In this document: positions 20,343 to 29,868 of the stretch, one piece after another
How positions within the stretch are numbered: the first letter of the stretch is position 1
Layout: every line of letters begins with the position of its first letter
Source of the DNA: Thermoproteota archaeon
GTDB taxonomy: Archaea; Thermoproteota; Thermoprotei_A; Sulfolobales; Ignisphaeraceae
Length of the DNA stretch: 64,000 nucleotides
NCBI GenBank assembly: GCA_030550585.1
Contig: JAUQPB010000003.1
Span: 132,333 to 196,332 of the forward strand
Direction of reading: 5' to 3'
The notes under the pieces: generated by a model
Told to the model about the DNA's origin: nothing
Seen by the model: the letters and a program-made list of their open reading frames with translations, nothing else
Databases searched by the model: none
Position numbers and translations under genes: made by a program

Positions 20343-21458
20343 CTATGTAATAGTCTCTTCCGATTTCAAATAAATCTTTATGTGTATTCCAAAATAATCA
20401 TTTTCGGGTATGATGCTATCAAATTGAAGAAGTCCTGTGATAGCATATGGCTCCATATACTCTATAAAGTCTTTGTATGGTATTGATAGATCCTTTATTT
20501 TGACTTCACAATCTCTTCTATCTATTCTAGCAAACGTCTCTACATAGATGTACTCAGCTCTAACATACCTCTTCTCAGCACTTCTATACAATGAGCTATA
20601 TAGGCTTTGAATATCTTTTACTCTCAATTCTGTAGAGACTCTCCGTGCCGTTTTAATCATGTTTCTCACAAATTTCTTCCTTTCATCAACAACATTAATA
20701 AATCTCCTTATAGCATATGGCTGTTGCTCAAAAAGTCTATATATGTTGTCAACCAGAAACAACACCTTTTCTCCCGTGCTATTCTTCTCATGACCAATAA
20801 TCGTTGTTTCATCACATAACCGTATTTTTCTATACCTTATACCAAATCTCGACAAAAATTCTAAGTCCAAACCCGTAAAGTATTTTTTAAATAGATCATA
20901 GTCTATGTTTCTCGTTATTAACAGAAAATATGTGAATTCATTATGTAGAGGCAGGAGTGCTAGAAGTGATGTGTACAAACCCTTCAATATTCTGATTATG
21001 TGAAGAGGGTTGCCTGTTAAGGTGTTGTAATCTGTATCAAGAATGTTGGAGGCTGTTGTCGAGGGTCTTGCAATAATGGAACTTTTATAGATGTCAGATA
21101 GTATAACAATCATCGATTCGATTTCTTTAATAGTTCTAGATTCTCCAAAAAGGAGTGAAATCTTCTGCAATGCTGTTTCATATGGCATCCCACGTGCAAC
21201 ATCCTTTATGGCTTCAGAACATTTGATGCACTTTATGCCAAAAAACTCTTCGAAAATTTTCTGTATGTCTCTCCAATGACCTATAGTGTTTTTGCCTATA
21301 ATGCCTGCAACAATCTTTTTTGTTTTTATATCAGAGGATGTCATTGAAAACTTGTTATATAATCCAACAACCCTTTCACAATATCCTAAAGCTCTTCCAA
21401 TATCCCTTTTAAAAAACTGTTTCCATTTCTCATTGCTTGCTACAGATGGTATGAGCAT
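20343..21458 (-). CDS. Hypothetical protein (371 aa)
   Basis: Long ORF filling the gap; no motif recognised. Confidence 0.6.
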   Translation of the reverse strand: MLIPSVASNEKWKQFFKRDIGRALGYCERVVGLYNKFSMTSSDIKTKKIVAGIIGKNTIGHWRDIQKIFEEFFGIKCIKCSEAIKDVARGMPYETALQKISLLFGESRTIKEIESMIVILSDIYKSSIIARPSTTASNILDTDYNTLTGNPLHIIRILKGLYTSLLALLPLHNEFTYFLLITRNIDYDLFKKYFTGLDLEFLSRFGIRYRKIRLCDETTIIGHEKNSTGEKVLFLVDNIYRLFEQQPYAIRRFINVVDERKKFVRNMIKTARRVSTELRVKDIQSLYSSLYRSAEKRYVRAEYIYVETFARIDRRDCEVKIKDLSIPYKDFIEYMEPYAITGLLQFDSIIPENDYFGIHIKIYLKSEETIT

Positions 21459-21526
21459 TACTAACTACCTTTCCTAAATAAAGATTTTGTGTTTATTTTA
21501 TGTTATGGCAAAGCATTATTTTTTGT

Positions 21527-22876
21527 TTAGAAACGACCGTGTGATAGCGTTCTTGCCGCGACTATTAGAGGGTGCCAAACTGGGGCAACTGCGGGGTGAT
21601 AGCCTATATCTGCAAAGAATAGATCTTCTATTGTCATTTCCTTTTCAATAGCTATCGCAACGGAATTGATGTATTCAGCAACAGACTCTTCCCACCCAAC
21701 TATTTGCGCTCCAAGTATTCTTCCAGTAGATGCGTCTACAACCATCTTTATGTATACATATGTACCTTTTGGATAGTAATGGGCTTTGGTTCTAACTTTT
21801 ATCAACTTACTTTCTATTTTGAATCCCTGCTCCTTCGCTTCTTCTTCGCCTAGCCCTGTTCTTGCAATGTACATATCAAAGAACTTTGTTATGGCTGTCC
21901 CAACAATGCCAGGAAATCTTAGGCTTCTTCCGAGAGCTGCATTTGCACCTGCTACCTGCCCCTCTTTATTAGCTGATGGTGCTAGCGGTATCCAGACCTT
22001 CTTACCTGTTATTATATGTCTTTTTTCAGCCACGTCGCCAGCAGCATACACACCCTCAATGTTTGTCTCCATGTATTCATTCACTTCTACAGCTCCGGTG
22101 ATCCCTATTTTGATACCACTTTTTGTAGCTAATTCTATATTCGGCTTAACACCTGTTGCTAAAATAACTAGATCAGTTTTGTAGATATTTTTGCTTGTTG
22201 CAACTGCTTCGACAAATTCTTTCCCAATGATTTCTTTTAGTGGCTCAGAAAGATGTAGCTCGAGACCTCTTGTCACAACCTCTTTTGCAACAATGTCAGC
22301 CACATCCCTGTCTAAGGATCTTGGAAGTAGCTGACCTTCTTTCTCAATGAGTATTGTCTTCTTGCCTAGAGAAAGAGCGGCCTCAGCCATTTCCAACCCT
22401 AGATAGCTTCCGCCAACAATTACTATATTATTTGCTTTTCTAATTGCATCAGACAGCTCATCTGCTTGTGCTGGATGTCTGATCGTATAAACATTTTTTA
22501 GATCAACACCGTTTACCCTCGGTTTTGCAGGTGTGGCACCAGTCGCGATGACCAGCTTGTCCCATTCCATTACCAATTCTTTACCGTCTCTCTCTAGGAC
22601 AACAACCTTTTTATCAACATCAATGTTCTTTGCAACAGTATTTGTTAAAACCCTTATACCTCTATCACGTTCAAAATCTTCTGGAGTATATGTTACTAGC
22701 ATTTTCCTGTCTTTTACTATTCCCTCAACATAGTAGGGGATGGCACATGGTCCATGTGTAATCATATCAGTTGCCTCAATGAGTATGACCTCAGCCGAAG
22801 GATCGAGTTTCTTGGCTCTTGAAGCTGCTGATGCCCCCGCAGCACCACCTCCTATTACCACAATCTTTTTTGACAT
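21527..22876 (-). CDS. CoA-disulfide reductase / NAD(P)H oxidase family flavoprotein
   Basis: GGGAAG, redox-active Cys in HGPCAIPY, GGSYLG, YAAGD, C-terminal YHP; start set to MSKK at 22876. Confidence 0.9.
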   Translation of the reverse strand: MSKKIVVIGGGAAGASAASRAKKLDPSAEVILIEATDMITHGPCAIPYYVEGIVKDRKMLVTYTPEDFERDRGIRVLTNTVAKNIDVDKKVVVLERDGKELVMEWDKLVIATGATPAKPRVNGVDLKNVYTIRHPAQADELSDAIRKANNIVIVGGSYLGLEMAEAALSLGKKTILIEKEGQLLPRSLDRDVADIVAKEVVTRGLELHLSEPLKEIIGKEFVEAVATSKNIYKTDLVILATGVKPNIELATKSGIKIGITGAVEVNEYMETNIEGVYAAGDVAEKRHIITGKKVWIPLAPSANKEGQVAGANAALGRSLRFPGIVGTAITKFFDMYIARTGLGEEEAKEQGFKIESKLIKVRTKAHYYPKGTYVYIKMVVDASTGRILGAQIVGWEESVAEYINSVAIAIEKEMTIEDLFFADIGYHPAVAPVWHPLIVAARTLSHGRF

Positions 22877-22934
22877 TCTAATCACAAATATATACGACTT
22901 TATTTGGAAATAAAAGCTGCAGCACAATGAAAAA

Positions 22935-25151
22935 CTATATCTTTAGCTCCATCCTTTTACCAGAGTACTCTACTTCTATGTCAGGTTTTGATTCTTCGAT
23001 TCCAACCCCTCTACCCTTATCTACCAACACAATTTTAAATTTCATAGATCCTATGCTCATAGCCCCCTTCTTCTCGTCGATAATTATCTTATTCTCTTTC
23101 TCAACCCATCTAATTGGTATGACTGCATAGAAGCCCTTTTCATAGTCATATGTTTCGCCATCATCTAGATAGATCATAAATTCACCATCTCTACCTCTAT
23201 ATATTCTCAGCTCTATCTCGCTTCCATAGTCATCCGCTTTTTCAATAGTTGCAGGTGCTAGGGGTAGTATCGCACCACCCCTAACATGTAGGGGTATTCT
23301 ATCTAGAGGTGCCTCAACTCTTATCCACCTACCTCCTAACACCCTATCGCCAGTCCAAAAGTCGTACCACATACCATGTGGTAAATAAACATCTCTCTCA
23401 AATGTTGAGGGCAATGTGATGGGCGATACCATTATAAATGGTCCAAACATGTATTGGTCATCAATTATGGCGGCTGTTTTATCGTTTCTAAAGTCCATGA
23501 CAAGCGGTCTCATAATAGTGTAGTCATGTTCGTATACCATCCAGGCCAATGTGTATATGTACGGTAGAAGCCTATATCTAAGCCTAATGAATTTAACCAG
23601 TATTTCCTCAGCCTCTTTTCCAAATCTCCAAGGCTCCTTTGGATAGTATGTCCCGTGAACTCTGAATATAGGGCAGAAGACACCCCATTGGAACCATCTA
23701 ATAAACAGTTCCTTGTATCCATCGGTCTCTGGGTTTCCGCTAAAGAACCCTCCAATATCTGTTGTCCAGTATGGTAGTCCAGATAAGCTGTAGTTTAGAC
23801 CTGCCCATATCTGTGCTCTGAAGGTTGTCCAGTCACCTGTTATATCACCACTCCAATTAACAACGCCATATCTTTGAATTCCTGCAAAGCCTGATCTTGT
23901 TAATATAAGAACCCTTTTGTTAGAAACTGCTCTCTGTCCTCTGTAAACAGCTTCTGATTCGAATAATGGGTAGACATTCAACAATTTAATCATCTTTTTC
24001 CCATTTCCAATATCTAGAGACTTCTGCCATGTTGAGTATATCAAGAGGGGTCTAACCTCCGGCTCTGAGGCGTCTAGCCACCAGCCATCTATGCCTATGC
24101 TATAGAAAACCTCGCTTATCTTCCTCCAGAACCATTCCCTACACTCTTCCTTAAAGACATTTAGAAGACCAAAATCATCTGCACCCGAGCCCATTAGACA
24201 ATTGTTTTTCTCTGCTTCTCTATATACATCAGTTTTCTTTTCGAATATAGGCCAAATAGATATGGCTAATCTGATGCCAAGCTTATGTATGTCTTCGACC
24301 ATCTTCTTTGGATCTGGATAATACTTCTCATCAAATTTGAATGCATTCCATCCATAATCTCCCCAGTATCTCCAATCCTGAACAATTATGTCAATAGGTA
24401 TTCTCCTCTCTCTAAACATTTTTGCAACAGAAACAATCTCTTCTTGTGAAGCATACCTCTCTTTAGATTGCCAGTAGCCAAAGGCATATCTTGGTAGCAT
24501 TACAGCCTTTCCAGTTAACCACCTATACCCCGCTATAACCCTGTCAAGTTCGGGCCCATAGATAATGTAGTAGCTAAGATAGTCGCCAGCCTCAAACCAT
24601 ACCCTGAGAATATCTCTCCTAGACTCTACAACACCCATTGAATACATGTCCCATAGAATACCATAGCCCGAGCTAGAAACTAAGAACGGAACAGCAATAT
24701 CAGTATTTCTCTGCACTAGGTAAACAGTTCTATTCCTATAATCAAATGCATTGTGAGCAGAATAGCCAGCGTGCTGACCAAGACCTAGAAGCAGCGAGTC
24801 TGGCTCTATTCTAAATATCTGCTCGAAGGTATAGAAATCCTCACCATAGAGTCTCTGCTTAGTGGCTTTCCTGTCTATCTCTTCAATTGGAATATCCCCA
24901 AATCTAAAATCTATTTTGTTTTTACCCATATCAACATAAACAGTGATTTCATTCGATGAAACAGCAACTATATCGCCAGATCTATACACATCAACATTGA
25001 CATGCCTAGGCTTTGCAATAACAACTATACTATTATCTTTGAATTGAGATGTTGACGGAACGTGTACAACACGCACAATGTTACTGTCAAAGAACTCTAT
25101 TACGACTTTGCCAACACCAAAAGATAGTTCAACTCCTTGTGATTCATACAT
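22935..25151 (-). CDS. GH31 glycoside hydrolase, probable alpha-xylosidase (XylS-like)
   Basis: YWQSKERY, IVQDWRYW, WWLDASEPE nucleophile, WSGD acid/base, YWTTDIGGF. Confidence 0.92.
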   Translation of the reverse strand: MYESQGVELSFGVGKVVIEFFDSNIVRVVHVPSTSQFKDNSIVVIAKPRHVNVDVYRSGDIVAVSSNEITVYVDMGKNKIDFRFGDIPIEEIDRKATKQRLYGEDFYTFEQIFRIEPDSLLLGLGQHAGYSAHNAFDYRNRTVYLVQRNTDIAVPFLVSSSGYGILWDMYSMGVVESRRDILRVWFEAGDYLSYYIIYGPELDRVIAGYRWLTGKAVMLPRYAFGYWQSKERYASQEEIVSVAKMFRERRIPIDIIVQDWRYWGDYGWNAFKFDEKYYPDPKKMVEDIHKLGIRLAISIWPIFEKKTDVYREAEKNNCLMGSGADDFGLLNVFKEECREWFWRKISEVFYSIGIDGWWLDASEPEVRPLLIYSTWQKSLDIGNGKKMIKLLNVYPLFESEAVYRGQRAVSNKRVLILTRSGFAGIQRYGVVNWSGDITGDWTTFRAQIWAGLNYSLSGLPYWTTDIGGFFSGNPETDGYKELFIRWFQWGVFCPIFRVHGTYYPKEPWRFGKEAEEILVKFIRLRYRLLPYIYTLAWMVYEHDYTIMRPLVMDFRNDKTAAIIDDQYMFGPFIMVSPITLPSTFERDVYLPHGMWYDFWTGDRVLGGRWIRVEAPLDRIPLHVRGGAILPLAPATIEKADDYGSEIELRIYRGRDGEFMIYLDDGETYDYEKGFYAVIPIRWVEKENKIIIDEKKGAMSIGSMKFKIVLVDKGRGVGIEESKPDIEVEYSGKRMELKI

Positions 25152-25204
25152 AAATTTGTGCCACCATGAATTTTGTAGCCCCTACCTTTAAAAATGTTTG
25201 TAAA

Positions 25205-25483
25205 CTAATCGCATTTGCATGTACACATATTGATTACCTCTACAAATGTATCTAAACCCCTCTCAGATAGCTCTCCTATTACCTTGGGCATTTTCTCTAG
25301 TGGAAATGCATATAGGGAGCCGTTTATCTTTATTCCATCCATTAGCTCTACCAGCCCCTTGGATCTATATCTCTTCCCTTTTATGGTGACCACAGTTCCA
25401 TTCATTGTCTTGTAGATCTTTATCTTAACATTCCTTGGCACATTTTGAGCTACCTTCAGCAACACATATCCAGATGGCTTCAC
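25205..25483 (-). CDS. Small hypothetical protein (92 aa), possibly Cas2/VapD-like ferredoxin fold, C-terminal CTCKC
   Basis: 4-bp overlap with the stop of the upstream gene; KGKRYRSKGLVE..G..I pattern. Confidence 0.6.
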   Translation of the reverse strand: MKPSGYVLLKVAQNVPRNVKIKIYKTMNGTVVTIKGKRYRSKGLVELMDGIKINGSLYAFPLEKMPKVIGELSERGLDTFVEVINMCTCKCD

Positions 25484-26034
25484 TGTTTTTCAACCTCTTC
25501 TAAACATAGATCCTCTCTACACCTTGTACTAGCCTTGGTTAGAATATTGGCAACCGATTTGCTCCTTTCAAACATTTTAATTATTCCTCTAAGTACATTT
25601 TCTCGAACAGTCAACAACGTCTTTACACATTCGATTAAATCACTGTTTCCAGTTTCTCTTAACCTCTTCAACAGCTTCTCTATGCATTCGTCTATATGGA
25701 TGAGCGCTGTGGTAGAGTGCTTTAATGCACACCAAATGCTTTCCCACGATGATCTAACATCCGTGCTACCGCCCTTCGCACTCTCAAGCTTTTCAACCAG
25801 GAACAGCGCTTGACCGACAAGCTTTCTCTGCTCCCTAAAAGAATCGATAATATCAGAAAAGATTGGTGCTCCAACATAAGAATCCGATTCTATTAGATGT
25901 TGTTCAACATGATTAAGATGGCCAATGGCATATATAAACTCTTGTATTAAAGCCTCCTCCCAAACAGCAGACCTACCAGCCTCGCCTTTATCCCCAACTA
26001 ACTGCTTAGCCGATTCCAACTGGGCTTGTGACAT
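25480..26034 (-). CDS. Hypothetical all-helical His/Glu/Cys-rich protein (184 aa)
   Basis: Clean ORF with ATG start; HLNHVEQH, REQRK, WCALKH, HIDEC, CREDLC. Confidence 0.7.
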   Translation of the reverse strand: MSQAQLESAKQLVGDKGEAGRSAVWEEALIQEFIYAIGHLNHVEQHLIESDSYVGAPIFSDIIDSFREQRKLVGQALFLVEKLESAKGGSTDVRSSWESIWCALKHSTTALIHIDECIEKLLKRLRETGNSDLIECVKTLLTVRENVLRGIIKMFERSKSVANILTKASTRCREDLCLEEVEKQ

Positions 26035-26043
26035 ATAAGATAC

Positions 26044-26075
26044 CCATTTTTATGCAAATTCTTGCATAAAAATGG
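26044..26075. promoter_or_regulatory. Perfect 14-4-14 inverted repeat overlapping a TATA-like element (putative operator)
   Basis: CCATTTTTATGCAA-ATTC-TTGCATAAAAATGG, 10-41 nt upstream of the ATG at 26034. Confidence 0.7.
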
Positions 26076-26211
26076 CTAACTTGGCTAATAAATTTTACCC
26101 CTAGTTCTAATTTCATCATAAGTAATGCTAAGTTTTGTAGCAAACTTCTATCTGTTTTTGCAATGAAAATAATAACCAGCTAAATGTAACAATATTTGAG
26201 GTTGAGTTCGA

Positions 26212-26577
26212 TTGGATATAAATACTATTTTGAATTCAAGAAAAGGTATAGAAAAAGTTATGGGAGATGTTCTAAGGGTTTTAAGGCTATATAGAAGGCT
26301 GTGGTTATCTGAAATCCACATGGAGATAGAGGGCATGAACTCAACGTTAAAAGAAGAGGTGCCTAGTTATAACGATGTAAAGAGGGCTGTTAAAGAGTTG
26401 AGCAACCTAGGGTATGTACATGTAGAGAAAGGGATTAGAGGTTCTTTGCAGCATGTACATGGAATAGAGGATTATCTTGTAACAATAGTCGATGATGTAA
26501 AAATAGTCAATGCTTTGACTAATGACAAAAAGCTCTCTGAGTATATGAGAATAAAATATGGCTTTATGGAAATGTAG
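26212..26577 (+). CDS. Putative winged-helix DNA-binding protein
   Basis: VLRVLRLYRRLWLSEI...VKRAVKELSNLGYVHVEK wHTH pattern; TTG start. Confidence 0.65.
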   Translation: MDINTILNSRKGIEKVMGDVLRVLRLYRRLWLSEIHMEIEGMNSTLKEEVPSYNDVKRAVKELSNLGYVHVEKGIRGSLQHVHGIEDYLVTIVDDVKIVNALTNDKKLSEYMRIKYGFMEM

Positions 26578-26621
26578 GATACAACAATTCGATGTTTTTG
26601 CTAAAATGAGTCTAGAATGCA

Positions 26622-29378
26622 CTATGACTTTACTAGATCTTTTATTATATTCTTTACAGCAGTTTCGACGTCGTTTATCGATGCTTCTGCCATTCCAGTA
26701 ACATGATCGCTTTTCCCACCTGCTCTAAGTATGATTTTTCTAGCCAGTGCTTTGGTAATTTCCCTAGCGTCAATGTGTCTGCTTGATTCTCTACCCAATG
26801 ATATTTCAACAAATGTTTTTCCATTTCTTGGTTGCAAGACTATGAGTAGTAGCCTTGGCTCTTTTTCTATAGCTTTAATGATAACGTCTTTCACAAGTTC
26901 TTCGTCTTGTATCTCGGGCTTCAGTATATACATCTTGAGATTTCCTATGGGCTCGCCACCCTTAATGATTTGCTCTATCAGCATGTTCTCATATATTGTT
27001 CTATATGATTTTAGTGTGTTTTCTAAGGTTCTAATGTATTTGACTATGCCTTCAACTCTTTTATCAAGATCTTCGATGCTCGAACCTAGTAAGGCTCCGA
27101 TTTTTCCGAGTTTGCCTTCAATTTGCTTAGCATAATCCGTTAATGCTGTTCCTGCTACAAATTCGAATCTTATTATTCCATCTGCTATTTTCTCAACATT
27201 TATTATCTTTATTGCCCCCACCTCCTTGGTGTTCTTAACATGTGTGCCAAAGCATGCTTCGGCATCCCAGCCCGGTATCTCTACAACCCTGATGATCGGT
27301 GTCATTGGAACTCCTCCTTGGTATAGGACAAAACCATAGGTTTTTTCAGCTTCATTTCTATCCATATACTTTATGTTGACATCCAAACCACTGTCGATGA
27401 GGCTGTTAGCTAGGTTTTCTATTTTCTCTATCTCCTCCTTTGAAGGCATTTTGTAGTGTGTTACATCAAGTCTAGCTTTATACTCTGTCTTCTCAGCACC
27501 TGCCTGCCATATGTGATCCCCTAGAACTTTTCTCAAGGCTCCGAGGACTATGTGAGTTGCTGTATGGTGTCTCATTCTCCTATATCTTATCCCCCAATCA
27601 ATTTCTCCTACAACTTCCACACCCTTTTCCAAGCCTTCGGCATTTTCAAGAATGTGCACAACAACATCCCCAACCTTCTTAGTATCAATAACCTTGTAAA
27701 CATTTCCGGATGTTCTTATATACCCAGAGTCCCCTAACTGGCCGCCACCCTCGGGATAGAAGGCTGAGGCATCTAATACCACATAATTCTTATAAACATC
27801 TATGACCTGGGCCTTGAACGCCTTCTGGTATGGATCCTCATGGAATATTCTCCTAGTTGGCGGTAATTTCTTGGCCCACTCAATAACATCTTTTGGAAGC
27901 TTCACATCTTCCAGTTCTCTAACAGTTTTTGGCTTGCTGTGTCGTGAGGCTACAAGAGAGTAGAAATTGGCTGGAATCTCAATTCTTGAGCCACGTTTTT
28001 TCTCTATCTCTTGCGACACAATGTCTGGTGGAATTCCATGAGAGTCGTACAGCTCTACCAGATCCTCTGTTGAAAGTGATTTCCTCAGATACTTTTCTAT
28101 TACTGTAGAAGCTTTTGATATTATTTCTTTGAACCTTTCTTCCTCTATCAGGATGATTTCAAGGATTCTATCTCTGTATTTTATCATTTGCGGGTATATA
28201 TCGCCCCAGAAGTTGAGTTGTTTTGCAACAAGCTCGGCAAGAGGTGTTTCTGACCCTAGTTTACTTAGCCTTCTCAGTGTTCTTCTAATGACCAGTCTGG
28301 CAAGATAGCCCTCACCACTATTGGAGGGTACAATACCATCTGCTAACATCAATGCTATAGTCTTTGTATGATCTAAAACAGCATAGACATCAAACACATT
28401 TCTTAGCTGATCTTGTATCTCCTTTTCACCTAAGCCAAAATCTCTTGAGATGACTCTAATTAGATTAGCCAGCTCCTCTGCTTTTGTTAGATCGAAACGC
28501 CCAGCTTTTCTAGCTAGAGAATATAGAATCTCTTTATCCGGTTCTAAAACATTTAGTGCCTTGTGAAACTCTCTAACAAGATCCCCATATACTGCATGAA
28601 AAGCCGTAGGCGTTTTTCGAGAAAACCAGGCTATCCTTTCTATGCCATATCCTGTATCCACTATCTTTAGCGGCAACTCTATATAGTTATCGCCATCAAC
28701 CTTATACATCATAAAGACTAGTGTAGCAAGCTCCAAACCTCCGACAGCAACCTCGAAGCTTGGCCCGGCGTTTCCTCCTCCCTCCCACCACGACTCTTTA
28801 AACGTTATCTCCTCTTCCGGTACCCCAAGCTCTTCTACAAAGAAGTCTTTGGCTAATTCAACTGTTTCATTGACCCAGTATACAGTTTTATCTGGATAGT
28901 TAAATGCATGATGACCTCCCATCGTAAAGTTCGTTAGATGCCTCCCTAGGGTATATCCAACAGAATCTATATCCTCTAGCCTTATACAAGGCTGTGCGAT
29001 CACAAGCGGATTAGCTGGCGGCGGCACCAAGCCTGATGTAACATGGGGTTGGAAAACCACAATACTTGCAATAGTTAGGTAGAGATCCTCTCTCCACCTT
29101 GCAACAACAGGTCTTGGTTCTATTATTTCGTGTCCTCTCCTTTTGAAAAATTCTAGAAATATATTTCTGGCTTCTCTATATCCCAAAGACCTTTTTGTTG
29201 GTATATCAAAAAACGTGTAATCAGCGCAGGGTGCATCTCCACAGTTATCCCTATCTATTACACTCCAAAAATATGTTTTACAGTAACGACATTGAGCTCT
29301 TTTGTACCCTTTATTTTTAAACATTTGAACTGCATAAAAATTCGGGTCTATTACTCTCTGCATAAGCAGCTCCATCAA
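26622..29378 (-). CDS. alaS: Alanine--tRNA ligase (archaeal type)
   Basis: VARWREDLYLTIASI, QPCIRLED, DTGYGIER, HHTATH editing domain, C-Ala domain. Confidence 0.98.
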   Translation of the reverse strand: MMELLMQRVIDPNFYAVQMFKNKGYKRAQCRYCKTYFWSVIDRDNCGDAPCADYTFFDIPTKRSLGYREARNIFLEFFKRRGHEIIEPRPVVARWREDLYLTIASIVVFQPHVTSGLVPPPANPLVIAQPCIRLEDIDSVGYTLGRHLTNFTMGGHHAFNYPDKTVYWVNETVELAKDFFVEELGVPEEEITFKESWWEGGGNAGPSFEVAVGGLELATLVFMMYKVDGDNYIELPLKIVDTGYGIERIAWFSRKTPTAFHAVYGDLVREFHKALNVLEPDKEILYSLARKAGRFDLTKAEELANLIRVISRDFGLGEKEIQDQLRNVFDVYAVLDHTKTIALMLADGIVPSNSGEGYLARLVIRRTLRRLSKLGSETPLAELVAKQLNFWGDIYPQMIKYRDRILEIILIEEERFKEIISKASTVIEKYLRKSLSTEDLVELYDSHGIPPDIVSQEIEKKRGSRIEIPANFYSLVASRHSKPKTVRELEDVKLPKDVIEWAKKLPPTRRIFHEDPYQKAFKAQVIDVYKNYVVLDASAFYPEGGGQLGDSGYIRTSGNVYKVIDTKKVGDVVVHILENAEGLEKGVEVVGEIDWGIRYRRMRHHTATHIVLGALRKVLGDHIWQAGAEKTEYKARLDVTHYKMPSKEEIEKIENLANSLIDSGLDVNIKYMDRNEAEKTYGFVLYQGGVPMTPIIRVVEIPGWDAEACFGTHVKNTKEVGAIKIINVEKIADGIIRFEFVAGTALTDYAKQIEGKLGKIGALLGSSIEDLDKRVEGIVKYIRTLENTLKSYRTIYENMLIEQIIKGGEPIGNLKMYILKPEIQDEELVKDVIIKAIEKEPRLLLIVLQPRNGKTFVEISLGRESSRHIDAREITKALARKIILRAGGKSDHVTGMAEASINDVETAVKNIIKDLVKS

Positions 29379-29452
29379 ACAATTTCATAATATTAGATAT
29401 CAATAAAATACTGTTTTGGCATATCTATAGTTTTACTATAGTTACAGTAGAT

Positions 29453-29788
29453 TCAGCCGAAGAGCGCTGATAGACCCTCTGCCAACTGTTCTTCTGAAAC
29501 GCCCTCCTTCTTCTCCTCCTCTTTCTTCTCCTCAGCCTTAGGAGCTTGCTGAGCAGCTGCTTGCTGGCTTGCTACGGCTCCAGCAGGCATGGCCATGGGC
29601 GCTACAGGCATGGCGAAAGAGGATTTTAGAACATCATCTATGTTTATTTCCTTCACAGCAGCTACAAGAGCCTTTACCCTTACATCGTCTATAGCTATTC
29701 CTGCTGCTTCTAAGACCTTTTTAATGTTGTCTTCTGAAATGTCTTTTTTTGCTGCATGGAGTAGGAGTACAGCATATATATACTCCAT
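29453..29788 (-). CDS. rpl12: 50S ribosomal protein L12 (aP1)
   Basis: MEYIYAVLLLH, Ala-rich hinge, acidic tail ending GLSALFG. Confidence 0.97.
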   Translation of the reverse strand: MEYIYAVLLLHAAKKDISEDNIKKVLEAAGIAIDDVRVKALVAAVKEINIDDVLKSSFAMPVAPMAMPAGAVASQQAAAQQAPKAEEKKEEEKKEGVSEEQLAEGLSALFG

Positions 29789-29868
29789 TTTATGCACCCC
29801 ATAGCTACGCTTTTGACTTATACAGAGAGCCACTCTTATAAATTTAAATAATCTTTAGATTGTATACC

